From IMG/VR virus record IMGVR_UViG_3300027747_002638: a stretch of DNA of 64,000 nt. One strand, 5' to 3'. A model generated the notes under the pieces. The model did no database searches. It saw nothing but the letters and a program-made list of their open reading frames with translations, and was not told the origin of the DNA. The position numbers were made by a program, and so were the translations under genes. The stretch comes from a virus. Positions 41,354 to 51,695 of the stretch are shown piece after piece (position 1 is the first letter of the stretch; the number at the start of each line of letters is the position of its first letter).

Positions 41354-43194
41354 TATACTCTCCAGATAAATATAAAAAAGATTATCCAGATATTAATACA
41401 GAATTAATGAATCTTAAAGGCGTTCTTAACGATAAAGATGCAAAAATATCTCTTGCTAAATTTTTAAGAGCCAATTTAGGCTTTACTACTGAGCTTATAA
41501 GTGGTATCAAATTAGCTCCGTATCAAGAAATTCATCTTAAAGGTTTATTAAATAGAAACTTTAGTATGTGCGTATTTGGTCGAGGTTGTGGCAAGAGTTT
41601 TATCGCGAGCGTGTTTTGTTTTCTTCAATGCGTTTTTGAACCTAATACTAAAATTCTAATCGCAGGACCAACTTTCAGAACAGCTAGATTCATATTTAAT
41701 AATCTAGAAAAAATTGTAAATAGCAAAGGCGCAGAACTTCTTCAACAAGCTTTTGGTTCAAAAAGTAAAAGAAATGATCAATACGAATGGTCAATTAATG
41801 GTGGAAGTATCGTAGCTATTCCTTTAAGCGGAGAAAAGATTCGAGGATTTCGTGCTAATGTACTAGTTCTTGATGAGTTTCTTCTATTGTCGGAGGATAT
41901 TGTTAAAACTGTATTAATGCCATTCTTGGTTGCTCCACAAAACATGAAAGAACGAATGGAGATTAGAGAAATGGAAGATACTTTAATCCGAGAGGGAGCA
42001 ATAAAAGAGGAAGACAGAATGGTTTTTGAAAATAATAGTAAAATGATAGCTCTTTCTTCTGCAAGTTATACATTTGAGAATCTTTATAAAACGTACAATG
42101 AATGGATAGAGAAAATTTATTCAAAAGAAAACACAGAAGCATCTTATTTTGTATCTCAATTAAGCTATGAAGCTTTACCATTAGAGATGATAGATAAAAC
42201 AATTATTGAAGAAGCTCAGAATGGAGGCTCAAGTCATAGTAGTTTTTTAAGAGAATACTGCGCAAGATTTATTGATGGTAGTGATAGTTATTTTAGCGCA
42301 AAAAAGATGGAAGAATGCACTATTCCAAACGGTCAGTCTCCTCATACTTTAATGAAAGGTGTTTCTGGAAAGAAATATATTCTTGGTATTGATCCTAATA
42401 TGAGCGATAGTCCTAATGCAGATTATTTTGCTATGGCTGTAATGGAGATTGATGAAGAAACTAAAACTGGTACATTAGTTCATACATACGCTGGATTAGG
42501 AAATTTAAAAAATCATGTTAACTACTTATATTATATCATGACGAATTTTAATATTGTATTTATGATTTTGGATAATGCTGGAGCAGATGTATTTCTTTCT
42601 GCTTGCAATCAATCTGAGTTATTCAAGAGTAATAATTTAAATATAAATAGTTTTGAATTTAATTCTGATTTAGAAGGACAAGATTATGATCAAGAAGTCC
42701 GTAAGATTAGAAATAGTTATAATCTAGAATCAAAGAAAATAGCTTTTAATCAAGTCTTTACAAGTAACTTTATTCGTAAAGCTAATGAGCACTTACAGGC
42801 TTCGATTGATTATAAGAAAATATGGTTTGCTAGTAAAACTTGTGCTAATGATAGCTTCTTTGAATCTCAATTTAGCCAGAATATACCAATAGATCTAATG
42901 AAAACAGAAGAAAAAAAGGATTGGTCTACTCTTGATTTTATTGAAAATCAAGATGATTTTATATATCAAACTAAAAAACAATGTACTCTTGTAGAGCATT
43001 CATCTACAGCCAGAGGAACCCAATCATTTGACTTGCCTCAACATTTAAAAAGAAGTTCTTCTGCGAATAAAGCAAGAAAAGATAATTATTCTGCACTTTT
43101 ATTAGTAAATTGGGGTTTAAAGTGCTATTATGATATAATGAACGCTCCAACCGAGGATATATCAAGCACTTTTATGCCTATAATGATTAATTAA
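41350..43194 (+). CDS. terL: Terminase large subunit
   Basis: PYQ; Walker A GRGCGKS; Walker B VLVLDE; nuclease LGIDP; C-terminal KDNYSA. Confidence 0.9.
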   Translation: MIYSPDKYKKDYPDINTELMNLKGVLNDKDAKISLAKFLRANLGFTTELISGIKLAPYQEIHLKGLLNRNFSMCVFGRGCGKSFIASVFCFLQCVFEPNTKILIAGPTFRTARFIFNNLEKIVNSKGAELLQQAFGSKSKRNDQYEWSINGGSIVAIPLSGEKIRGFRANVLVLDEFLLLSEDIVKTVLMPFLVAPQNMKERMEIREMEDTLIREGAIKEEDRMVFENNSKMIALSSASYTFENLYKTYNEWIEKIYSKENTEASYFVSQLSYEALPLEMIDKTIIEEAQNGGSSHSSFLREYCARFIDGSDSYFSAKKMEECTIPNGQSPHTLMKGVSGKKYILGIDPNMSDSPNADYFAMAVMEIDEETKTGTLVHTYAGLGNLKNHVNYLYYIMTNFNIVFMILDNAGADVFLSACNQSELFKSNNLNINSFEFNSDLEGQDYDQEVRKIRNSYNLESKKIAFNQVFTSNFIRKANEHLQASIDYKKIWFASKTCANDSFFESQFSQNIPIDLMKTEEKKDWSTLDFIENQDDFIYQTKKQCTLVEHSSTARGTQSFDLPQHLKRSSSANKARKDNYSALLLVNWGLKCYYDIMNAPTEDISSTFMPIMIN

Positions 43195-43200
43195 GTGTAA
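43195..43200 (+). promoter_or_regulatory. GTGTAA late-type promoter motif (portal gene)
   Basis: Same hexamer lies upstream of about 20 late genes. Confidence 0.6.
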
Positions 43201-43212
43201 TATTTAAGTAAA

Positions 43213-45111
43213 ATGAAGAAAAATACCAAAAAAATACAAGAAATTAAAGCATCTACAGAAGAGCAAATATCACCATTAATGGTTTATGGTTCAGAAAGAA
43301 AATTAACAGCTTCAGAAGCAAGAGGAAGTTCACCAGTTAGAAGAAATGCTGCTAGTACGATTGAAAGAACTAATAGATTTACAAATATTGATACTGGAAT
43401 TATTCCATTTAGATATTCTAATTATATTAATAATTTATCTACCCTAGATGTAAGAGATGCTGTTATACTTTGTCAAAAAGCTTATTATAATGTTGCAATT
43501 TTCAGAAACACAATAGATTTAATGACAGAATTCTCTGCTAGTTCTATTTATTTAACTGGTGGAAGTCAAAAATCAAGAGAATTTTTCGATGCTTATTTTA
43601 AAAAAATTAATTTAACAAGTTTTCAAGATCAATTTTTTAGAGAATACTATAGAAGTGGCAATGTATTTACTTACAGATTTGATACTTCTTTGGATTCTGA
43701 GCAAGTATTAAAAATCACTCAAGTATTTGGTTCAAAAGCTTTAGCTAAAGACGGATCAATTAAAATTCCTGTAAGATATACTATAATTAATCCAGCAGAT
43801 GTTTATGTTGCTGGTGGAGTAAATTATTCTTATAATATATATTATAAACTATTAAGTAGTTACGAATTAGAAAAACTTAGAGATCCAAAAACTGACGAAG
43901 ATATAGAAGTTTACGAAGGACTACCAGCCGATATAAAAGAAAAGATAAAAAATAAAGGTAACTCTTATATTTTAGTTCCATTAGATCCTAAAAAGATGGC
44001 TGCAGTTTTTTATAAAAAACAAGATTACGAACCACTCTCAATTCCAATGGGTTTTCCAGTATTAGATGATATTAACTGGAAATTAGAAATGAAAAAAATG
44101 GATATGGCAGTTACAAGAACAACTCAACAGGCTATTCTTTTAGTTACTATGGGTAACGAGCCTGATAAAGGTGGAATCAATCAGAAAAATTTACAATCCA
44201 TGCAGCAATTATTTGAAAATCAAAGTGTTGGTAGAGTATTAATCGCAGATTATACAACCAAAGCTCAATTCGTAATTCCTGATATCGGAAGTTTAATCGG
44301 ACCAGAGAAATATGAAGTAGTTGATAGAGATATTCAAATTGGATTAAATAATATTCTTATTGGCAGTGAAAAATTTGCTAATACAAGTATTAAAGTGCAA
44401 GTGTTTATGGAAAGACTAAAGCAAGCAAGAGAAGTTTTCTTAAATGAATTTTTAATACCAGAAATAAGAAGAATTAGTAAAGATTTAGGATTTAAGAATT
44501 TTCCAGTTCCAGTATTTGAAGATATTAGTCTTAAAGATGATGTACAATATTCTAGAATATACAACAGATTGGTTGAGCTCGGCGTATTAACTGCTGACGA
44601 AGGAATTCAAGCTATAGAAACTGGAAGATTGCCTACTCCAGAAGAATCTGCACAATCTCAACAAAAATTTAGAGAATTAAAAGATCAAGGATTTTATCAA
44701 CCACTTATTGGTGGTGGTGCTCAAGCTGGAAGACCTATGGGTTCAACTGGTACTCCTCAGTCTACAAAAAATGTAAAACCAATTGGTAGTTCAAAAGCCT
44801 TTTCTGTTCTTAAGATAAGAGAAAATATTTTAGCTGTTCAAGATCTTGAAGAAGAAGTCAAAGGTTCTTTAAGAAAAAAATTTGAAATCAAGAAATTAAG
44901 TAATGCACAAAAAGACATGGCAGAAAAAATTACAGAATTAATTATAGCAAATGAAGATTCTAGTCAGTGGAAAGCAAAAATACAAGATTATATTGAAAAA
45001 CCATTTGATCAAAATTTAAATCAAGTAAATGAAATTCAATCAATTGCTTCCGAGCATCAAGTCGATAGTTATTTAGCTAGTTTATTGTATCACAGCAAAA
45101 AATCTGAATAA
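43213..45111 (+). CDS. Portal protein
   Basis: 632 aa directly after terL; FRNTIDL…EYYRSGNVF portal-like segment. Confidence 0.75.
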   Translation: MKKNTKKIQEIKASTEEQISPLMVYGSERKLTASEARGSSPVRRNAASTIERTNRFTNIDTGIIPFRYSNYINNLSTLDVRDAVILCQKAYYNVAIFRNTIDLMTEFSASSIYLTGGSQKSREFFDAYFKKINLTSFQDQFFREYYRSGNVFTYRFDTSLDSEQVLKITQVFGSKALAKDGSIKIPVRYTIINPADVYVAGGVNYSYNIYYKLLSSYELEKLRDPKTDEDIEVYEGLPADIKEKIKNKGNSYILVPLDPKKMAAVFYKKQDYEPLSIPMGFPVLDDINWKLEMKKMDMAVTRTTQQAILLVTMGNEPDKGGINQKNLQSMQQLFENQSVGRVLIADYTTKAQFVIPDIGSLIGPEKYEVVDRDIQIGLNNILIGSEKFANTSIKVQVFMERLKQAREVFLNEFLIPEIRRISKDLGFKNFPVPVFEDISLKDDVQYSRIYNRLVELGVLTADEGIQAIETGRLPTPEESAQSQQKFRELKDQGFYQPLIGGGAQAGRPMGSTGTPQSTKNVKPIGSSKAFSVLKIRENILAVQDLEEEVKGSLRKKFEIKKLSNAQKDMAEKITELIIANEDSSQWKAKIQDYIEKPFDQNLNQVNEIQSIASEHQVDSYLASLLYHSKKSE

Positions 45112-45130
45112 TATAATTTAATTAGTTGGA

Positions 45131-45850
45131 CTAATCAAGCTCTTCAAATTTTTCTATGATATAAGCTAATATATCATTTCTCATAATATCTTCGCGCCCA
45201 AATTTAAATGTGCATATACCCTTATCTTTACTTTTCTTGTCATCAAAAAGATTATATATCCTGTCAAACCCGCTATTCTTGATATCTGATTGACGAATAT
45301 CTCCAATTAAAATTAATTTACTAAACTTGCCCATTCTTGTAGTTATTAATAATAGATCATGTATGCTTAAATTTTGAGCTTCATCGCATATAATGTAACT
45401 AGCATTAATACTAAGTCCTCTTAAAAAGCCTACTGGTAATCCTTTTACTCTTTCTTGTTTTAATAGCATTTCTACTTGATTTTTTGGTAATAATTCATGA
45501 AGCTTGTCCATAAGTGGTTGAAGATAAGGATCTAATTTACTATGAAGATCACCTTTGAGGAATCCTAGATTATGAGTTGAACTTTCTACTGGATTACGTA
45601 CATAAAATATTTCACCAATTTTTTTCTGATTTATAGCATTTAGAGCTGCGTATACGCTAAGTAAACTTTTAGCTGTTCCTGCTGGGCCTTTGCAAAATAC
45701 CATTTTAGTATTCTTATCTTGAAGTAATTGAATAAATTTCTTTTGATTTTCGGTCCATTGTAATTCGCGAATATTTAGGAAACCTTCAATTTTATCTCTT
45801 TGAGGAACAGGAACCGACTTGTCTTCTTTTTGTTTATGCTTTTTAGACAT
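45131..45850 (-). CDS. phoH: PhoH-family ATPase
   Basis: GPAGTAKS, GFLKG, FLRG, DEAQN, TRMG, GD..QSD. Confidence 0.9.
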   Translation of the reverse strand: MSKKHKQKEDKSVPVPQRDKIEGFLNIRELQWTENQKKFIQLLQDKNTKMVFCKGPAGTAKSLLSVYAALNAINQKKIGEIFYVRNPVESSTHNLGFLKGDLHSKLDPYLQPLMDKLHELLPKNQVEMLLKQERVKGLPVGFLRGLSINASYIICDEAQNLSIHDLLLITTRMGKFSKLILIGDIRQSDIKNSGFDRIYNLFDDKKSKDKGICTFKFGREDIMRNDILAYIIEKFEELD

Positions 45851-45918
45851 TGAACTTACTACAAATAATTACACCCCAATTGTATTAATTTTTAAATTAA
45901 TTTTAATAAAGTTTAAAC

Positions 45919-46203
45919 TTAATTAATTAAAGAATAACCTTCTTTAAATTTTAAATCTAAAGAAAATGAATTAACAGCTTGGCCTTCGTCAAATCTTTTA
46001 ATAAAGTTTGCTCCAATTTTCGGCATAACTGCAGTATATTCTTTATTTTTAATTTTCATGTTAACATGAGAAGGTAGTACTGAAATGCTAGTAACTTTAC
46101 CTTTCATATTTTTTTTGATTGCTCTGGCGATTGCACAGTTTTGAGGATTAGATTTTTCTCCTTCAAAAATGTTTCTTTCTGTTATGTTTATTGTTTTATT
46201 CAC
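45919..46203 (-). CDS. Hypothetical protein
   Basis: 94-aa ORF overlapping the upstream gene. Confidence 0.6.
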   Translation of the reverse strand: MNKTINITERNIFEGEKSNPQNCAIARAIKKNMKGKVTSISVLPSHVNMKIKNKEYTAVMPKIGANFIKRFDEGQAVNSFSLDLKFKEGYSLIN

Positions 46204-46840
46204 TTTTTATTTCCTTTATGTTGTAGTTATAATTATTACTGTCTTCAGTAATCCATTTTGGACTATTTTCAGCAGTATAAATATGACTATTTATTTTTCT
46301 TTCCAAAACCAATTCGTTTGGTTTTGTAGCGAAACTTGGATCAAAGACTTTAATTCTGTTATTTGGTTGAATAGCAAAATTACCATTATCAAGTTTAATA
46401 ATATGACCAGCTTTGTGTTGATCTGGTTTTTGACTAAATCCAAAATTTAATTCGTTGTAATCGCTATGAGCCCAATCAAGAGTAAATAAATAAGTTCCCA
46501 TATATTCGTTGCCAGTTCTTCCTGTATATTTAAGTACTTTATTTTCTAGTAAATAAAAAGTTGTTACGGCTATATGGTAACTAAAACTATCCCAAAGCTC
46601 TAACTCTGTTAATTCCATAGTTGGAGCATTTTCTTTATGACAAAATGCACTAATAGGAGCATGCCACCAAATTCCACCATCTTCCATAAGAAAATTAAAA
46701 AGCGGAGCTTGGCTAGGAAGACTTGTAACACCAAAAATTAAACATTTATATTTTTTATCAAAACTATCTTCTTGATTTCTCATATAGTTTCCACGAACAT
46801 AACATTCTATCGGAGGAATATTTGCGTTCAAAAAAGACAT
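46196..46840 (-). CDS. Conserved phage hypothetical protein
   Basis: LNANIPP…YLFTLDW…QPNNRI. Confidence 0.65.
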   Translation of the reverse strand: MSFLNANIPPIECYVRGNYMRNQEDSFDKKYKCLIFGVTSLPSQAPLFNFLMEDGGIWWHAPISAFCHKENAPTMELTELELWDSFSYHIAVTTFYLLENKVLKYTGRTGNEYMGTYLFTLDWAHSDYNELNFGFSQKPDQHKAGHIIKLDNGNFAIQPNNRIKVFDPSFATKPNELVLERKINSHIYTAENSPKWITEDSNNYNYNIKEIKSE

Positions 46841-46849
46841 TTAATATTA

Positions 46850-47779
46850 TTACACTAATAGTCCTGTTATATTTAAAGCTATATTTTCTGTTCTTTCTAT
46901 AATAGATAAGTTATTAAGTAATATTCTTTCGCCAGTTATATATGCTCCACCTGGAATATATGTTGAACCAATATAAAATCCATCGCTTAAATTTAATCTA
47001 TTCGTACCTTTACCAATAAATACTCCATATCCTTGTAAACTGATATCATTATCTGAAATTAAAGATATAGAATTTCCGTCTTTGGCTGTTTCTAATGTTA
47101 TATCTTGATTTAAAATTAAAGATGCTGTACTGTATATGCCTGACTGATTGTAATTGTCACCTTGAACTCCTGCGTTTACTCCAGCCAATTTTATTCCATT
47201 TGATCCTAATGTTATATATGAGATAGAATCTGTTCTCTCTGCGCTGTAACCATCAGTTTTCAACCAATTATTAGTTTGTATCTTTATTGATGTTCCTGTA
47301 TATGGATAATAATTTTTTGCGCTAGGAATATTTTCATATTGAGGACCAGCTAGATATGATCCTATAACTAAATTAGGATAAGTATCAATTTTATTATAAA
47401 CTCCATAGTATCCAGTTGGAGTTGGTGGGCTAAATTTATTTTTTAAATATATTCCGTTTGCAAAATCTATAGTTAATGCGTTAGATTGATCCGCATAATG
47501 ATTTCTATTATCTCCATCAGCGATTAATGATGCACCATTTTGATTTTTAATAACACCATTTTGTCCTGCAATTATTGTGGATGAAATACTATTTATGATT
47601 TGATTATTGTATCCTCCAACTACAGTAGAATAACTTCCAGATACTGTATTATTTTCTCCTCCACCAATTGTTTGTGCTTGTCCTGCTCTTGAAGCTGTAT
47701 TTGAATTATTCTCTCGGAAACTACTTAAAGTTCCATCTGCATTATAAACTCCATATAAATTTTCGTTATTTGTTATCAT
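46850..47779 (-). CDS. Fibre-like protein
   Basis: IGGG..N / VVGG..N repeats. Confidence 0.6.
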   Translation of the reverse strand: MITNNENLYGVYNADGTLSSFRENNSNTASRAGQAQTIGGGENNTVSGSYSTVVGGYNNQIINSISSTIIAGQNGVIKNQNGASLIADGDNRNHYADQSNALTIDFANGIYLKNKFSPPTPTGYYGVYNKIDTYPNLVIGSYLAGPQYENIPSAKNYYPYTGTSIKIQTNNWLKTDGYSAERTDSISYITLGSNGIKLAGVNAGVQGDNYNQSGIYSTASLILNQDITLETAKDGNSISLISDNDISLQGYGVFIGKGTNRLNLSDGFYIGSTYIPGGAYITGERILLNNLSIIERTENIALNITGLLV

Positions 47780-47782
47780 ATA

Positions 47783-48817
47783 TTATGCAAATGGATATTT
47801 TCTAAAAGTGCCTCCATTATATAGAGCGGTAATTTCTGTTTGATTTAAAACGTATTCATACCAAAATCCTAAATTTCTAACAATTGCTTTATTATTTTCT
47901 GTTAAAGTATTAGGTTGAGCACCGTTTATATTTCCAAGAGGAGTTCCTCCAATTCCAAAACCTTGTGCTTGAGGAATTGTATTAAATGAAAATCCACCAT
48001 TATATAAAGATACTGTAGTATAATGATAATTTGCACTTCCTTGTAAAACTCCATTAACGTAAAATTTAGCAAGAGAATCATTTCTTGGATCAAACGTAGC
48101 TACAACTTGATAATAGCTACTATTATTAAATTGTGAAATAGATGGAATTTTATGCCATTGTCCAGTGACTGGATTACCACCACCAGCACTCTTTGGCATA
48201 TTAAAGACTAAATAATTTCCACTAAATTCGAAATGAAAATTAAGTTGACCATATTTTGAACCTAATAAAAATCCACTAGAATTAACTCTTTTTGTTTCGA
48301 AACTTGTAGAAAATCTATTAGGATAAAGACCTTCTGGTTGTCCATAGTACATCATGGCTTTTGACCAACCAGGAACAGCTAATGTTCTATAACAAAATAA
48401 TCCATTATTATTTGTTCCGCTAGTGTTTACTCCACTTGAGTTAAATGTAACATTTCCATTGCTACTAAAATAATCATTTCCAAATACTGGATCTGAATTT
48501 AATGTAAAATACCACCAATTATTTGGATTTGTAATACCAATTGGAGATACTGTAGAATCTACTGTCCATCCAGCTAATCTTGCTCTTGACCAATTATTAT
48601 CTGCGTAACAATAATAAACATAATTTTTATCAAATGTAATTGTTCCTTTTTGTCCTAATGAATCTGGTAAATTTGGAGGATTTACTAATGAAATATTTGC
48701 ATTTAAATTAGGATCTAGACTGAGTTGATAACCAGAAATAACAAATTGATTTGTATCATTATTTACATATAATTGTTTTCCAGAATTTAGATAATATATT
48801 GTATTTAATGTTGCCAT
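47783..48817 (-). CDS. Fibre/LamG-like protein
   Basis: G.KG.I.FD.NY.Y.C…W.R adaptor motif; KFYVNG…EITALYN. Confidence 0.65.
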   Translation of the reverse strand: MATLNTIYYLNSGKQLYVNNDTNQFVISGYQLSLDPNLNANISLVNPPNLPDSLGQKGTITFDKNYVYYCYADNNWSRARLAGWTVDSTVSPIGITNPNNWWYFTLNSDPVFGNDYFSSNGNVTFNSSGVNTSGTNNNGLFCYRTLAVPGWSKAMMYYGQPEGLYPNRFSTSFETKRVNSSGFLLGSKYGQLNFHFEFSGNYLVFNMPKSAGGGNPVTGQWHKIPSISQFNNSSYYQVVATFDPRNDSLAKFYVNGVLQGSANYHYTTVSLYNGGFSFNTIPQAQGFGIGGTPLGNINGAQPNTLTENNKAIVRNLGFWYEYVLNQTEITALYNGGTFRKYPFA

Positions 48818-48818
48818 A

Positions 48819-49256
48819 TTATGAAATTCCTGCTGTAGATTCCAAACATACCCATCCAGTATAATTATTATTAATTACACCAACCAAAGCAATTGAAGCT
48901 GGGGCAGGAAGTGCTAGAGTAGAATCTGAATTATCAAAAATTTGATTAGTATTGTATCCAGTAATAATTAATGGATTTGTAGATTTTAAATTTTTTATAA
49001 TAATTGTTTTTTTATCAGTTATATCTGGTAAGGACGCTGTATAAGAACCATTTGTTCCAGTGCAATAAAATATATTTATATAATTCGTTACATTAAAATT
49101 TGTGTCTGAATAGAAATTGTAATTAGATTGAATATTATCACCTAAGATTAAATTAGCGCCTTGATCATTTCCAGTTATACGAGGATACCTTAAATCTAAT
49201 TGACCAGTATTAGTCAGTTGCTGTGTAAAAATTTGTAATCCATTAAATGTACGCAT
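48819..49256 (-). CDS. Virion protein, MRTFNGLQIF family
   Basis: N-terminus nearly identical to that of 51340..51627. Confidence 0.6.
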   Translation of the reverse strand: MRTFNGLQIFTQQLTNTGQLDLRYPRITGNDQGANLILGDNIQSNYNFYSDTNFNVTNYINIFYCTGTNGSYTASLPDITDKKTIIIKNLKSTNPLIITGYNTNQIFDNSDSTLALPAPASIALVGVINNNYTGWVCLESTAGIS

Positions 49257-49265
49257 ACCATATAT

Positions 49266-49436
49266 TTACACCAATACACCAGTTATATTTAACGAAAAAT
49301 TAGAATTGCTTGGGTTAATGTAAATTCCGCTTTCAAAAACGGCTATTTTTTTATTATCAAAATTTAAGTTAGATTCTTCAACTTTTATAAGTTTACCATC
49401 CAAGTTTATGTATTTTAAATCTATTTTAGTGTTCAT
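49266..49436 (-). CDS. Small protein (56 aa)
   Basis: Start moved to the ATG at 49436; C-terminus LNITGVLV matches LNITGLLV of 46850..47779. Confidence 0.5.
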   Translation of the reverse strand: MNTKIDLKYINLDGKLIKVEESNLNFDNKKIAVFESGIYINPSNSNFSLNITGVLV

Positions 49437-49613
49437 AATTTTATAGTCCCTCTGGTAACGTGACCCCCTCTTTGTGTTCGCACACATCCAGAGTAATCAC
49501 ATGAAAAAAATGCGGTTTACTTTTTACGATAAACCCCAATATTCTCTTGACTTTCTTAAGGCCACCCGAGAGCGACCAACAAGTTGTCACGTTACTAGAG
49601 CTGTATAATTGAT
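49437..49613. ncRNA. Candidate structured RNA / cis-regulatory leader
   Basis: 15-bp terminal inverted repeat CTCTGGTAACGTGAC/GTCACGTTACTAGAG enclosing three hairpins; GC-richer than the flanks. Confidence 0.55.
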
Positions 49614-51338
49614 TTACCATTTTATTACACTTTGATTTGTTGGACTATTGAAATCTGGTCTAGATTTATATATGAATAATTCATTTTGTTCAAAACTATA
49701 ATCTTTTCCAGATAATACATAAAATGGATTTGAATCATATGCGCCGTTATCTCTTTCGTCATAAAATTCTATATTCTTACTATATCCACTATAAATTTTT
49801 TCTAATACTGGATAGAAATTTCTAATTACTAATTGCTCTTGAACGGTCCTAGTATCATTTTCATAGTTAAATTTCATATTAACTTTTTTACCTTGATGAA
49901 GGTTTGGAGATAATGGTCTTTTAAAATTAACTTTTTCTTTGATTATTAATTCGTTTGGCATTGTAGTAGAGTATGTATATGGAAAAACATCTAATCCTTG
50001 ATTATCAAATATAATATATGGATAGTATAATTTTATATTTGGATTAACTCCATTCGCAATTGGAGACCAATTATAACTATTTATTGTAAATTTAGAATAT
50101 TGATTAATTTTTGAAATTGGTAATGATGAAATTGAATTTTTACTAGTAATATATGCTCCAGTGGGTTTATTTGTGGTAGTATTAAAACCATTCCATGAGC
50201 TATTATTAGAATACAATAAGCCTATGGAAGAGTAATAAGGATATATAGAAGCATCTGTGCAACCTTGACTGACTCTTATAGAAGAATTGTCAGTCACTCC
50301 TGTCCAGTTAAAATAATTATATGCATAATAAGGATTTATGTCTTGACGTTTTGGATTTGCATAAATTTTATGAGTATATGCATATGATGTTACTGATGTT
50401 GTTTTGTATATACTATTAAAATTAATTGAATCTGGAGATATTGTATAACTAACTCCTGTATTTTTTGGTTGAGCTAAAACCCATCTATTGGTATTTCCAC
50501 TATTATATATTCTATAATTATTTTCATTAATATAATTATTGCTACTTTTATATACATACATTCCATTTGCTTCTGAATAGGAAGATCCGCTTACTATTAA
50601 TACATCTCCACTAGCAATTTGTTGAAATTGTCCTGCAAAAGATAAATTTTTTGTACTATTTCCATAATTTATATTTGCTCCACTTTTTATATTAAGTTTA
50701 ATAAATGTTTCTAAGTGGTGATTTTTTGGTTGTACAGTTATTGGTACACCACTCCATAAATTATATTCAGTATGGCCATTGCCAATGACTGGATGAAATC
50801 TTACTGACTGCAATGCTAAATTTTTGTATCTACTTTGAGGATTAAATACTACAAAATTATTATTTCCAGAAACTCCAGTGAAAAGATTTGATGGCGTTTT
50901 TTCGTAACTGTTTGGTCTATTTCCATCATTTTCAATAACCATATAAGGTTTTGCTCTCAGAGATGATATGTATCTTGCATTATTTGAATCTGTATTTAAT
51001 CCAGACTCCAAAAGACTACTTTTTGGTTCGATAGTGAAATAAACAAAATTTCCAGGTTCTAGCCCAGAAGGAATACCTTGTAAACCGGTATTTTCATTTA
51101 TATATCTTCTAAAAGAATTTCCTTCTAAACCAATACTTAACCATTTTTGTTTTCTATATTTATTTTTATCTGTAGAACCTGCTGGTACTGGTGGAAAAAA
51201 ACCAGTATAAACATTATCAATAAAAAATTGTTGACCGCTAGATATTGTAATTCCTTGATTAGCATTAATATAACTAAAGCCTACATTAGGAATTGATTGG
51301 AGACTTAAAACTTGATTGTATATATTATTTGTTGGCAT
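49614..51338 (-). CDS. Hypothetical Asn/Tyr-rich virion protein
   Basis: 574-aa ORF in the fibre cluster. Confidence 0.6.
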   Translation of the reverse strand: MPTNNIYNQVLSLQSIPNVGFSYINANQGITISSGQQFFIDNVYTGFFPPVPAGSTDKNKYRKQKWLSIGLEGNSFRRYINENTGLQGIPSGLEPGNFVYFTIEPKSSLLESGLNTDSNNARYISSLRAKPYMVIENDGNRPNSYEKTPSNLFTGVSGNNNFVVFNPQSRYKNLALQSVRFHPVIGNGHTEYNLWSGVPITVQPKNHHLETFIKLNIKSGANINYGNSTKNLSFAGQFQQIASGDVLIVSGSSYSEANGMYVYKSSNNYINENNYRIYNSGNTNRWVLAQPKNTGVSYTISPDSINFNSIYKTTSVTSYAYTHKIYANPKRQDINPYYAYNYFNWTGVTDNSSIRVSQGCTDASIYPYYSSIGLLYSNNSSWNGFNTTTNKPTGAYITSKNSISSLPISKINQYSKFTINSYNWSPIANGVNPNIKLYYPYIIFDNQGLDVFPYTYSTTMPNELIIKEKVNFKRPLSPNLHQGKKVNMKFNYENDTRTVQEQLVIRNFYPVLEKIYSGYSKNIEFYDERDNGAYDSNPFYVLSGKDYSFEQNELFIYKSRPDFNSPTNQSVIKW

Positions 51339-51339
51339 A

Positions 51340-51627
51340 TTAATTTAAAACCCAATTTGTTGCAATTGAAGTTGCTCTCCAATCTCCATTCATTCCATTT
51401 CCACTAACACAAATAAAAATATAATCTCTATTAAAAGCTATTTGTCCACTATATCCTGGAGAATTAGGCGTAGAAGGTACATAATTTGGATTAAAAATTA
51501 AATTATTTTTTAGAGTTTTTTGTCCAGTTATAGTTTGATCTGTATTTAAAGTTACATATCGAGAATCTAATTGACCAGAATTAGTCAGTTGCTGTGTAAA
51601 AATTTGTAATCCATTAAATGTACGCAT
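51340..51627 (-). CDS. Virion protein, MRTFNGLQIF family
   Basis: QTITGQKT and P…G..GQIAF…YIFIC…W.A adaptor motifs. Confidence 0.6.
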   Translation of the reverse strand: MRTFNGLQIFTQQLTNSGQLDSRYVTLNTDQTITGQKTLKNNLIFNPNYVPSTPNSPGYSGQIAFNRDYIFICVSGNGMNGDWRATSIATNWVLN

Positions 51628-51641
51628 TTTAAATGATTACA

Positions 51642-51695
51642 CTAATGATCCTTCAACTGATCAGTAAAAATTTGAAGTCCATTGAATGTGCGCAT
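51642..51695 (-). pseudogene. Truncated third MRTFNGLQIF paralogue (17 codons)
   Basis: ATG CGC ACA TTC AAT GGA CTT CAA ATT TTT ACT GAT CAG TTG AAG GAT CAT TAG, with its own GTGTAA 8 nt upstream. Confidence 0.65.

Noticed and set aside
41350-43194. Intron or intein in terL (also checked for portal and MCP)
   Set aside because: Frames are continuous, lengths are normal and no splicing motifs are seen.
49437-49613. Glycine riboswitch or retron msr-msd
   Set aside because: CUCUGGA/CUCUC words are present but not in glycine-aptamer order; there is no RT gene and no long msd hairpin.
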